From the NCBI GenBank assembly GCA_030390025.1, contig CM059433.1:24058001-24122000 (forward strand): 64,000 nucleotides of DNA. The letters are read 5' to 3'. The notes under the pieces are model-generated. The model did no database searches and was not told where the DNA came from. It saw nothing but the letters and a program-made list of their open reading frames with translations. This DNA comes from Squalus acanthias (lineage: Eukaryota). The first letter of the stretch is position 1; each line of letters opens with the position of its first letter. Positions 53,870-64,000 of this stretch are shown one piece after another. A program made the translations under genes and the position numbers.

Positions 53870-54420
53870 ATTAGAACCACAGTCTGATGAGGCAGTCACA
53901 GACCGCTCTTCCGGAAGGCCGATTGAGTGGCTGCCTCCTCCCTCGATCCTGTTCCTCCTCGTCCTCCTCCTCTCCTCCTCGTCCTCCTCGTCCTTGTCCC
54001 CCTCGTCCTCATCCTCCTCATCTTCCTCTTCCTCCTCGTTCTCCTCCTCTCCCTCTTCCTCCTCCTGAGGTGGTCCTGCAATCCCTGGTGGCAAGGGCTT
54101 GGCCGTCATGATGGCCAAATTGTGGAGCATACAGCACACAACAACGAAATGGGACACCCACTCAGTCGAGTACTGGAGGGCTCCTCCCAAGTGGTCAAGG
54201 CAGCAGAACCGTTGCTTGAGTACCCCGATGGTCTGCTCGATGATGTTCCTAGTGGAGGCATGGCTCTCATTATATGAGCGCTGTGCAGGAGTGTTGGGGT
54301 TGCGGAGGGGAGTCATGAGCCAGGTGGAGAGTGGATAGCCCTTATCTCCGATCAGCCAGCCGCAAGCTTGATGTGGTGGCTGGAAGAGTGCTGGCACACC
54401 GGTCTGGTGCAGGATGAAGC
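53870..54420 (-). pseudogene. Harbinger (HARBI1-like, DDE_Tnp_4) transposase C-terminal fragment
   Basis: [42 protein letters not shown] plus an acidic tail. Confidence 0.92.
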
Positions 54421-55240
54421 GCCCCTGGAGCCAGCTACTGACTGCTTCACGTCTCCTCTCCCTGTTGCTATCGGGGCGAGGCGCTAAGGCACGGGGCCAT
54501 AATCAATTTTGCAGATCAGGTGCCCAGTGAGCGTTGCACGCTCACTGATGTCATGATCTGCCTGGCGCTGAAGTCCCTGGCGCTATCTCGTAGCGGCAGC
54601 ATTACAGGGGGTGCCGGATTTGGCGTGGGTCACTGAGTTCGCCTCGCCGTGGCACTACTGCCTTAGTACCCCGTTAGCGCCCCTGCCAGGCACTAACTAG
54701 AGGTGCTCAGATACCGAATTTCTCTCCCATTTATCCTTAATTTCATGGAAATGCTGACTGCAAGACTGGCTATATGGGACTGTGGACATAACTTGACACC
54801 ATGAATCATTATCCCTTTACACCAGTCCCAAAACACCAGCAGAACATAACTGCAACTGGACACACAGACCTATGTGCTCCATTACGCGACAGACTTCTGG
54901 GTGCATTGATTGTTCTGGTGGTGCCTTGCAGGACGACCCAAAGTTTGCCAGCTGTTTGTGGTGTGCTGCACACTATGTAACATCTCTATTCAGAAGAGAT
55001 TCCAGCATAATTTCAGTTTAACAGATCCATGCACTGGCTAGGAACAGAGGAACTCCAAAAGCTATACCAGGATTAATGCCCAAGTAGTGGCAAAAAATGT
55101 TTCTAACAAAATCATAGAATCTCACTTCATCAGATGAAATCCCTTTTTGGCAAAAACCTCAGTTAACCATATTTTCTGTTTCATTCAATAGTAGAAATGT
55201 CACATCACATACTACACACTACTGCCAACATGCTTTGGTT

Positions 55241-55663
55241 GTACATATTCACTAGAGTTTAGACGAATGAGAGGGGATCTCATTGAAACATATAAAATTC
55301 TGACAGGGCTAGACAGACTGGATACAGGGAGGATGTTTCCCCTGGCTGAGGGGGTCTAGAACGAGGGGTCACAGTCTCAGGATACGGGGTAGGACATTTA
55401 GGACTGAGATGAGGAGAAATTTCTTCACTCAGAGGGTGGTGAACCTGTGGAATTCTCTATCACAGCAGGCTGTGGAGGCCAAGTCACTGAATATATTTAA
55501 GAAGTAGATAGATAGATTTCTAGCAACAAAAGGCATCATGGGGTATGGGGAGAGAGCGGGAATATGGTATTGAGATAGAGGATCAGCCATGATCATATTG
55601 AATGGCGGAGCAGGCTCGAAGGGCCAAATGGCCTACTCCTGCTCCTATTTTTCTATGTTTTTA
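55241..55663 (+). mobile_element. CR1 3' fragment related to the satellite-embedded CR1
   Basis: YSLEFRRMRGDLIETYKILTGLDRLD..FFTQRVVNLWNSL plus 3'UTR. Confidence 0.92.
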
Positions 55664-56554
55664 TATTTGCACCTATACTTACATAAAACAGCCACACAGG
55701 CTTATAATCATGTCACCATGACCATAATGTAGAATGAATCAATGTCTGATAAATATATTTATTTTCATTCAAAATGTTGTGGCTCTACCTTTCACTAACT
55801 CAAAACGTTATCAATTAACGAAGCAAACACAGCATTAAGTGAAAAATGGTTTATTTACAAAGACTTGAATGTCTGCCTGTATTGTGCATATTTTGATGTT
55901 TTACTATCCGAAATTCTCATGCTTCTCACGGGGTGCCACTGTTCCTGCTAAGGAGGCAAGGAATGCTTTGAAAAAATCTCTGCACAGGGCGCAATGTCTT
56001 CTATGGAGCTCCCAAAGCCAACACCACCATAGACAATTTATTGATATGAGAACAATTGTCCTGCCTATGATGTCCCAACATTTGTGGAATGGTTGCAGCT
56101 GATCAAAGTGGCGAACCATCTGACCAGAGCTAGATTAAATGGCACAAACCTGTTCGCCCCAGTTCCATCTCCACAGTGTCATTTCTTCTGGCCTATTAAA
56201 ATCAGATTTGTCAGCTGATAGTACCACTACTGCCTCTCCTTGCCTTTCCTGTTGCCCCAAGCTGGTTTTTCCCTCCTCCAGTCCTTGAGGTGGCATTTCC
56301 CCATCCTGCCCCATGTTGCCCCCTCACCCCCCTCAGGTGACAACATTGACCCATTTCTTCCACCCCAAACTTCAAGGAGTCGAACTACAGCCCGTCAATT
56401 TGCTCAAGATATTTTTGAAAATTCTTCAGTTATCTCCTTGAACTCTCACTGAGAAACATTATACTGTACTGGAAATAAGGTTTGTAGAATAATAAAGACA
56501 TTAAAAATATACCAAAGTCCTGACTTTAACCTATTACATCTCAATTTTTATATT

Positions 56555-57305
56555 CTATACCTCTTGCCATGAAACATAGATTGCCATTAGCTTTTTTATG
56601 GCCTTATCCATTGAGGTGCTGCTTTTAATGTCTTGTGAAATCTTTCTGCTCTTCCACATCACCCAAACCTTCCCATTTAGAAAAAAAAAATTACTTTTTT
56701 TAATCAAAATGTAACATCTCATGTTTACTGGCATTGAATTCCATCTGCCACTTTTTGCCAATTTTAGAAAGAAAGAAAGACTTGCATTTATATAGCGCCT
56801 TTCACGACCACCGCACGTCTCAAAGCGCTTTACAGCCAATGAAGTACTTTTGAAGTGGAGTCACTGTTGTAATGTGGGAAACGCGGCAGCCAATTTGCGC
56901 ACAGCAAGTTCCCACAAACAGCAATGTGATGATGACCAAATAATCTGTTTTAGTGATGTTGGTTGAGGGATAAATATTGGCCAGGACATATTACCATATT
57001 ATCAATATCTCCTTACAGCTTCCTTTGGTCCTTCAGAATTATTTACTATTACCTGCAAAATTTGGACGCTACTCCCTCTAGTCCTATATCCAAATCATTG
57101 TTGCACACAGTGAACAGAAACAGTCCAAGAACAGAACCCTGTGGACCACGACTACACACATCCTACCACTCTGACAAACAACTTCTGCTCTCTGTTTTCT
57201 TCCTTCTAGCCAGTTTTTAATCCAATTAGCTACCTTGCCCCTAATTTCATATCCCTTAATCTTCTCCAATAGCCTCCTGTGTGGCACCTTGTCAAAGGCT
57301 TTCAA
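56555..57305 (-). mobile_element. Old CR1 RT fragment with an inserted SINE
   Basis: [35 protein letters not shown]. Confidence 0.8.
56766..56988 (-). mobile_element. SacSINE1-like 3' half
   Basis: (AGAA)n tail and body similar to 48723-48946. Confidence 0.88.
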
Positions 57306-57493
57306 ATTGATCTATTTCTCTCATAACTCTATTAGCTATTCAACCGTTCACAGGTTTTCAATTGAATGGAATAGCTTGACTCACTGATCTGTGCCAAGCT
57401 GACCTGTTAGACAAATCTCCATCCACGTACAATGACAGCAGTCAAACCATAAATATCAAAGCCTTCCTGTACTATGTATGTCTTGGACTGAGG

Positions 57494-57692
57494 TATGAAT
57501 ATTGGCCAGACTTGAACATGTAATCAGTATGAATATTGGCCAGACTGTAACATATAATCAATATGAATATTGGCCAGACTGTAACATATAATCAATATGA
57601 ATATTGGCCAGACTGTAACATATAATCAATATGAATATTGGCCAGACTGTAACATATAATCAGTATGAATATTGGCCAGACTGTAACTTATA
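57494..57692. repeat. 34-bp minisatellite, about 5.8 copies
   Basis: TATGAATATTGGCCAGACTGTAACATATAATCA(A/G) starting at 57494, 57528, 57562, 57596, 57630, 57664. Confidence 0.95.
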
Positions 57693-58427
57693 AGGTGGAA
57701 AGATCAACTTTAATGAGGGAATGAAACAGGTGAAAGCAGATCGGCTCCTCCTTATACAACCTACCCGACTTTCCATTAATTGGGCAGATGTATAATGAGC
57801 GGACAATCTGCTACCGTCTGTTTCACATTGCTCTTAATCTATGTAGTTTGCTTAAAGAGGTGGGATTAATTGAAGTTAACCCTGTGTGTGCTGTGACCAG
57901 TAAGAAAGAATCCAACGAATAATCCATCAGAGACATAAATGCTTTTGTCACAAGACAGCACATCTTAGGAAATTCCAATTCTGCGAAGACTTTTGACAGT
58001 TAATTAAGAAATTATACTATCATAGCAATGTTTGCACAGTCCTTTGTAATAACCTTGCTAATAATATTCAGTAATGATTTGCAAATCATACTTATAAAGG
58101 GACCAAACATCCATGGCTCTGCTATGCTGAACTGGAGTTTAGTGGGTGTCAGGCACCTCCACTCCTGACCCTGCCAGAGTATCTAGGGTCAGGTAAGGTC
58201 ACCTAATGTGAATGGAGCCGGTGGGCTCCTGCACCTCAGTGGGTGCATCTTGGGCACCTGCCAGAGGAAGGGAGGATGGGAGAAGCAGAACTGGCAAGCG
58301 GCTTGTTAATCTGCCGACACTGCCGGCAAAAATTTATTTTAAGATGCCCAATCGGCCTCCTTTATAAGGGAGCAATATCAGTAATTGAGCCAGTATTTTT
58401 ACAAGCATCCAGGACTCAGGCCTGGAG

Positions 58428-59279
58428 CCCAGGTGAGCTTTACTTCTGCTGTTTAAAGTATGGCCTTATCCGTTTTGGGAATTCCCTTGTCCCAGTTTTC
58501 ATGGGCCGGAGTGGACAGAGATTCACCACGAGCAGACCCCAACATAAATGTGTGTCCTGTCCTGAGACCTGTCATATCTGGGGGTCCTGGATAATTTTTC
58601 ACTCCCTGCAGTACACTCTTGGCCAATTTATACCTAGAGTGCACTGCTAGGGCCCATGGAAATTGAGGGCCATTGGCTTGTTACTGTATTTGAACTATAG
58701 AAACTGTTGGTTCTCTATCTTCTGTTACAGTCATACAAGTGTGCAGCTCATGTACAATCTAAACTCAATTAATTAAAGTATTTCTTCATATCTCCATAAA
58801 TGTTTCTTTTGCATCCAGTTCCTCGGATTCATACCCAGAGGGGAAAAAGAGTAAAGATGATGAGCGCAGCAATGAAACATCTAATCAGAAAGAACACACC
58901 ACAGTGCCGGAGCCTAGACCCTATGCTGTACTGTTGAAGAGCAGAATGGCATCAGATCTTTGGCAGGATCCTTCACAGGGCCCTGAATTGTGTTAAAAAA
59001 GCCAAAAAATTCCAATGCAAAAGACAAGGGTACAGATTAACCACAGTTGATGTATGCCTGCACTACAAAATCCGATCACATCTAGAATATGCTGAAGCAG
59101 GCAGAGCATTCAATATGTTCCCAGATATGACAGTCCCAGGACAGGACACAAGTTTCTGTTGGGGGCTGCTCGTGGGGAATCTCTGTCCACCCTGAACACG
59201 GCCCATGAAAACTGGGGCGAGGGAATTCCCAAAACGGATAAGGCCATACTTTAAGCAGCAGAAGTAAAGCTCAGCTGGG
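58428..59279. repeat. Inverted ~155-bp repeat pair (58428-58582 and 59119-59279)
   Basis: Both arms translate to ELYFCCLKYGLIRFGNSL.PVFMGR on opposite strands. Confidence 0.8.
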
Positions 59280-59355
59280 ATCCATAACATGCTACATAAC
59301 ATTATGCAATTAAGGTGGGCACATTGGGGCAGAAAAATGGTTCTAGAATTAATCT

Positions 59356-59430
59356 CAACAACTAGTATTTATATAGCGCCTTTAACGTAGTAAAACGTCC
59401 CAAGGCGCTTCACAGGAGTATTTTAAGACA
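59356..59430 (-). mobile_element. L2-like 3' tail fragment
   Basis: TATTTATATAGCGCCTTTAACGTAGTAAAACGTCCCAAGGCGCTTCACAGGAG, like 63430-63495. Confidence 0.7.
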
Positions 59431-59477
59431 AAAAAAAATCTCTTCATCACAAAGGGCAGAAAAAGCAATCAACTTCC

Positions 59478-59635
59478 TCATAACTCTAGGATGAAATCAT
59501 TGAAGCTCCTTCGAGTCCTCTGAAGTCCATTCTGCAGCATTTGTGAAGCCAGAATCAAGTTCTTCTGTGGTTGATGTATCATCAAATTTGAGGGATGAGT
59601 CCTTCCAAAGCTTGGCATTGAGTCTTCCATAGAAT
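59478..59635 (-). CDS. Candidate terminal coding exon of an unidentified gene
   Basis: Strong acceptor TTTGCTCTATTTTTCAG|ATT; two frames stay open to TGA at 59497 or 59478. Confidence 0.3.
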
Positions 59636-60413
59636 CTGAAAAATAGAGCAAATGTACATAGTTTCAGAACAAAATATTGTTACAATCCCATTCTTTCAAC
59701 ATTTCTTTGACTTGTTTTTATTTTAACTTGATTCTCAAGAGTTTGCATTCACATATATATTTTATGAAGCCCTTGTGCATTGCTTGCAAGAGGAGTACAT
59801 TGATGCTAGGAGGTTTTTGGCATGGTTGTCCCCATTAGCAGGCAGGACCCCTCTACTGCTTGACCCAACTGAACCCCAGGGAACAAGAGCAAGTTATTCA
59901 TTAGTTTTTAAAGTCGTGAACAAATCTACTTCTTAATTTCAAATACTGTTTACACTTAATGTTTATATTTATCCTATTTCATAACATTTTGTAATGAGGT
60001 TAATTATACATAAACATTTTACAGAAGATTTTTTAGTTGTCTGTGAAATTTTATATAGTTTATAAAAAAACTTTCTTTGCACTTCATGTCCCGTGCCGCC
60101 TTTTCTTCTTTCTGTTAGTTCTTCTTTCCTATTTCATATACAAATTGATTGCTTGTTCGCCATCCTTGTTTAAAGGCTGTTCTGTCACATTTGGTATTCT
60201 TTTATTTTCTGGGTCCTACTTTTGTAAAGGTATTTATATAGAAGATATCTTGGTCTATAACAGCTGAAACATCGAAACTGGTTCCTCCACACTTCCTCAG
60301 TGTCCATTCAGAAGAACAAAAGCAAATACTGCAGATGCTGGAAATCTGAAATAAAAACAGAAAATGCTGGAAATACTCAGCAGGTCAGGCAGCATCTGTG
60401 GAGAGAGAAACAG

Positions 60414-60450
60414 AGTTAACGTTTCAGGTCGATGACCCTTCGTCAGAACT
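60414..60450 (-). ncRNA. Minimal type I hammerhead ribozyme motif
   Basis: Minus strand AGTT-CTGACGA-AGGGTC ATC GACCT-GAAAC GTT-AACT: intact CUGANGA/GAAA/UH core, stem I AGTT/AACT, palindromic stem III. Confidence 0.75.
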
Positions 60451-60759
60451 GGAAAAAGTTGGAGATGTAACAGATTTTTAAGCAACTGTAGGGGCAGGGA
60501 GAGCGGGGAGGGGAGGAAAGAACAAAAGGGAAGGTCTGTGATTGGATGGAAGGAAGGAAAGATTAAAAGACAAAAGGGATCATGGTGCAAGGCAAAAGGA
60601 GATGGTAATGGGACAAGTTAAGAAACAAAAGATGACTCCAGATGAGGTGTAAATGGGAATAGCAGAATCACTCCTGCCTTCCATCCTATCACTTTCCTCC
60701 CCTCCCCCTCTCCCTGCCCCTACACTTGCTTAAAACCTGTTACATCTCCAACTTTTTCC

Positions 60760-60796
60760 AGTTCTGACGACGGGTCATCGACCTGAAGCGTTAACT
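60760..60796 (+). ncRNA. Hammerhead motif, mutated copy (GAAA to GAAG)
   Basis: AGTT-CTGACGA-CGGGTCATCGACCT-GAAGC GTT-AACT. Confidence 0.6.
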
Positions 60797-61842
60797 CTGT
60801 TTCTCTCTCCACAGATGCTGCCTGACCTGCTGAGTATTTCCAGCATTTTCTGTTTCCATTCAGAAGATGTTTATCTAACGTAATGTAAATAGGTACGCTG
60901 CACAATTTGAGTTATCCAGTAATGTTATACATTAATAGGATTTAACACAAATTTTACATTGGAGATTCAAAAATAATAGTAAGCATATTGCCTTAAAGCT
61001 TTTGGTGTAATAAAGCCTGATGGTTTATTATAAATGTGACAATGGTGCTAATGGTACAAGAGTTTAAAATATTGGAATATGTAGTATTACTTAAAATAAT
61101 TGGATCTAATCTGTAATAATTGGCTAAGTTGGTGTATTTAATGTTATATTAGTAATTCTTGTGGAAAATATGGCACAGAACTTGCAGAGTGCCACTACTA
61201 AAAGTACCCTTATTATCAAAACTATACATTTCTGCTTTGCGGTAAGGTGCTAAGATTAGTAGCATTCCCGTACAGTACAAACCTTTGTAGTGTGCCTTTA
61301 TTTTTTCAAAGGCTTAAATTAAAACACGTAACATTGCTGGGTCAGATATAATCAAGGATTGCGCATATGAGTCTTGAAATTCTGCAATTCTAACCTGTTT
61401 ATTTTAAAATACTCGACAAACAAATTGCTCATGAACACATTAAGTGTTTATAAGGTAGTCGTTTCGAGGCCATCCTTATTTTACTTATAAAGTGGATTGC
61501 AAGGCAACATGCGATTACTGAAATTGTAACTTGATGTCGTGGATAACATCATAAGGTAGTTCGGTGTTGGGAATAGACTGTCAGGTTGTGAAGGGTGAAC
61601 TTTCAAGTTTAATCTGTGCTTAGATGATCAGACTCCAACTTTTGATCAGCATCTTTATCATGCCAGCTGCATGGTGGGCTTCTTATAGCAGCGCATGTGG
61701 GCTCTCATGCAGATCACAAAAAGGGTTTATCAAGTAGGTCTTTTGTTCGGGTTAGCCGTCTATTCATGGAGGGATTATCAACACTAATACAGTGTGACTT
61801 GGCAGGTGAAATATTTAAAGTTTGCTTCTGCATCGGTTATCA

Positions 61843-62645
61843 AAACGTTCAGGCTTGGGCTGATAAGTGGCAGGTAACATTCGCGCCACAGAAGTGCCAG
61901 GCAATGACTATCTCCAACAAGCGAGAGTCTAACCACCACCCCTTCACATTCAATGGCATTACCATTGCCGAATCCCCCACCATCAACATCCTGGGGGTCA
62001 CCATTGACCAGAAACTTAACTGGACCAGCCACATAAATACTGTGGCAACAAGAGCAAATCAGAGGCTAGGTATTCTGCGGCGAGTGTCTCACCTCCTGAC
62101 TCCCCAAAGCCTTTCTACCATCTGCAAGGCACAAGTAAGGAGTGCGATGGAATACTCTCCACTTGCCTGGATGAGTGCAGCTCCAACAACACTCAAGAAG
62201 CTCAACACCATCCAGGACAAAGCAGCCCGCTTGATTGGCACCCCATCCACCACCTTAAACATTCACTCCCTCCACCACCGGCGCACCATGGCTGCAGTGT
62301 ATACCATCTATAAGATGCACTGCAGCAACTCGCCAAGGCTTCTTCGGCAGCACCTCCCAAACCCGCGACCTCTTCCACCTAGAAGGACAAGATCTGCAGA
62401 CTCATGGGAACACCACCACCTCCAAGTCACACACCATCCTGACTTGGAAGTATATCGCCGATCCTTCATCATCGCTGGGTCAAAATCCTGGCACTCCCTC
62501 CCTAACAGCATTGTGGGAGTACCTTCACCACACGGACTGCAGCGGTTCAAGAAGGCGGCTCACCACCACCTTCTCAAGGGCAACTAGGGATGGGCAATAA
62601 ATGCTGGCCTTGCCGGCGACGCCCACATCCCAGGAATGAATTTTT
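61843..62645 (+). mobile_element. CR1/L2-group LINE 3' fragment of a different lineage from the satellite CR1
   Basis: AWADKWQVTFAPQKCQAM..LGVTIDQKLNWTSHI..ANQRLGILRR..MEYSPLAW; short 3'UTR with AATAAA. Confidence 0.88.
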
Positions 62646-63423
62646 AAAAACAGGCCTTTAAATATTCCCTGATGGTTTGCAAAGTGCACTTCACATCCAG
62701 CTTACTCTTAGGTACAAGTCTCAGTTTTAATCCTATTCAACTGGGTAACCTGGTGCTGAGTAATATTGGACCTCTGTTCACAACCTTTGCTTACACGTTT
62801 TACATTGAAACAAGAAAAGTCTGGCATGATCTAGAAACAATATCGTTAAAAATATTTGTATTGTAATCTTGGAACAACTTTTTTTTAGTGAGAACAGGAT
62901 GTTTTGCCTGTGATTGATAATATGATTTTAAGTAAGTTACTCTACCATTGAAGGATTGCTTCAATTAAAACTTTCCCATCATGCGACTGTGGAGCTCCTG
63001 ATCAGACCCTGGAGTGCATCATTGAGCACTGCCCTCAGAGGAAGTTTGCAGGCAGCCCACAAGATATCCACGCTGTTAGACCGGAAGCTTTAGCCTGGAT
63101 ATCCGACTTAGATAGTGACATTTGATTTGCTTGGCTACTACCATACAAAAGAAGAAGAATTAAAACTGAACACAACTTTAATTAACTAAGCCAGTGTAGC
63201 AAAACACTAATTAAGCCATTTATCAGGGGACAGATCTCATTCGAACAAATAAGCCTGGAATTACTCTCTTTTATAGGAACATATGAATTGCTAGATGAAA
63301 AAAGACCACGGTCCATCTAGTTCGCCTTCTACCATCCTGGTAATCTCAGGCTACAACGATAATGGAGTTGTTGACTATTAATAGCAATCAATCTCTATCA
63401 ATTAGTCTACAACAGACCCAGAC

Positions 63424-63790
63424 AATAACAACAACTTGCATTCATATAGCGCCTTTAACATAGCAGAATATCCCAAGGCGCTTCCCAGGAGTGTTATCAG
63501 ACAAAAGATTTGACACCGAGCCAAAGAAGGAGACATTACGACAGGTGCCCAAAAGCTTGGTCAGAGATAAGTTTTAAGGAGCATCTTAAGTTTAGGAGGA
63601 GAGAGAGGTGGAGAGGTTTAGCAAGAGAACTCCAGAGCTTAGGGCCGGCCGCCAACGGTGCGGTGAAGGAAGTCGGGGATGCACAAGAGGCCAGAATTGG
63701 AGGTACGCAGTTACTGGAGGGTTGGAGGAGGTTACAGAGATAGGGAGGGGCCGAGGCCATGGAGGGATGAGACATGCAGATATGAGGTAA
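63424..63790 (-). mobile_element. L2-like LINE 3' fragment
   Basis: (ACA)n tail; minus strand PPYLCNLLQP..GPKLWSSL..LK..DQAF remnants. Confidence 0.75.
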
Positions 63791-64000
63791 GGAAACAGTG
63801 CTGAAAAGCTTTGGGAACCACAGGTTCAAAGTCACCTGCTCCTCTCCATTATGCTACACTTATCAGATGTCAGATCACAAATTACTCATATACTATATTC
63901 AAATGTTTTATTTTCTGAAAGAAATTTGAATGAATCAATACTAACAGCTCCCACCATCTCCCTAGGGAGCCTGTTCTTTATATTTACCACCTGCTCACTG

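Larger units (their letters stand above)
51921..54728. mobile_element. Harbinger DNA transposon remnant (left end lost, transposase internally deleted)
   Basis: Convergent Myb/SANT-like and DDE transposase genes; right TIR GAATTTCTCTCCC ending at 54728, followed by ATT. Confidence 0.88.
60316..60854. mobile_element. Fold-back non-autonomous Penelope-like element
   Basis: 13-bp TSD TCCATTCAGAAGA (60303-60315, 60855-60867); ~165-bp inverted arms (~60355-60520 and ~60690-60854). Confidence 0.85.

Noticed and set aside
53950..54066. (TCC)n-like tract as an independent repeat
   Set aside because: It is the acidic tail of the Harbinger transposase.
55869..56119. Opposed short ORFs in unique sequence
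   Set aside because: No recognisable homology or exon boundaries.
61697..61842. N-terminal part of the 296-aa ORF
   Set aside because: Chance read-through from flanking DNA into a 5'-truncated LINE.

Overview
Vertebrate genomic DNA, most likely from a cartilaginous fish (shark-type HE1-like and SacSINE1/Deu-like SINEs, CR1 LINEs). No intact host gene is recognisable. Bases 1-39043 are a tandem satellite of a 19-bp monomer (consensus GTTGGATATAGTTTATACT) with nested higher-order structure. This includes a near-exact 4351-bp (229-monomer) duplication and a ~10.1-10.2-kb unit that has co-duplicated a 2.6-kb CR1 with a deleted endonuclease and, in copy 1, an open RT frame. The more degenerate right edge of the array holds a truncated HE1-like SINE, a full-length CsRn1-clade Gypsy element, two long solo LTRs and a CR1 3' fragment. 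Five of the six independent insertions fall in the same TTTATA(C/T) segment of the monomer. Bases 39044-64000 are a TE-dense flank. It holds nested CR1/SINE/RTE/MITE insertions, a deleted Harbinger transposon, a 34-bp minisatellite, a CR1-derived hairpin and a candidate terminal exon. It also holds a 539-bp fold-back element with a 13-bp TSD, whose two inverted arms each carry a minimal Penelope-type hammerhead ribozyme motif. Family names come from motif recognition by eye; no database search was run, and boundaries of old fragments are approximate.
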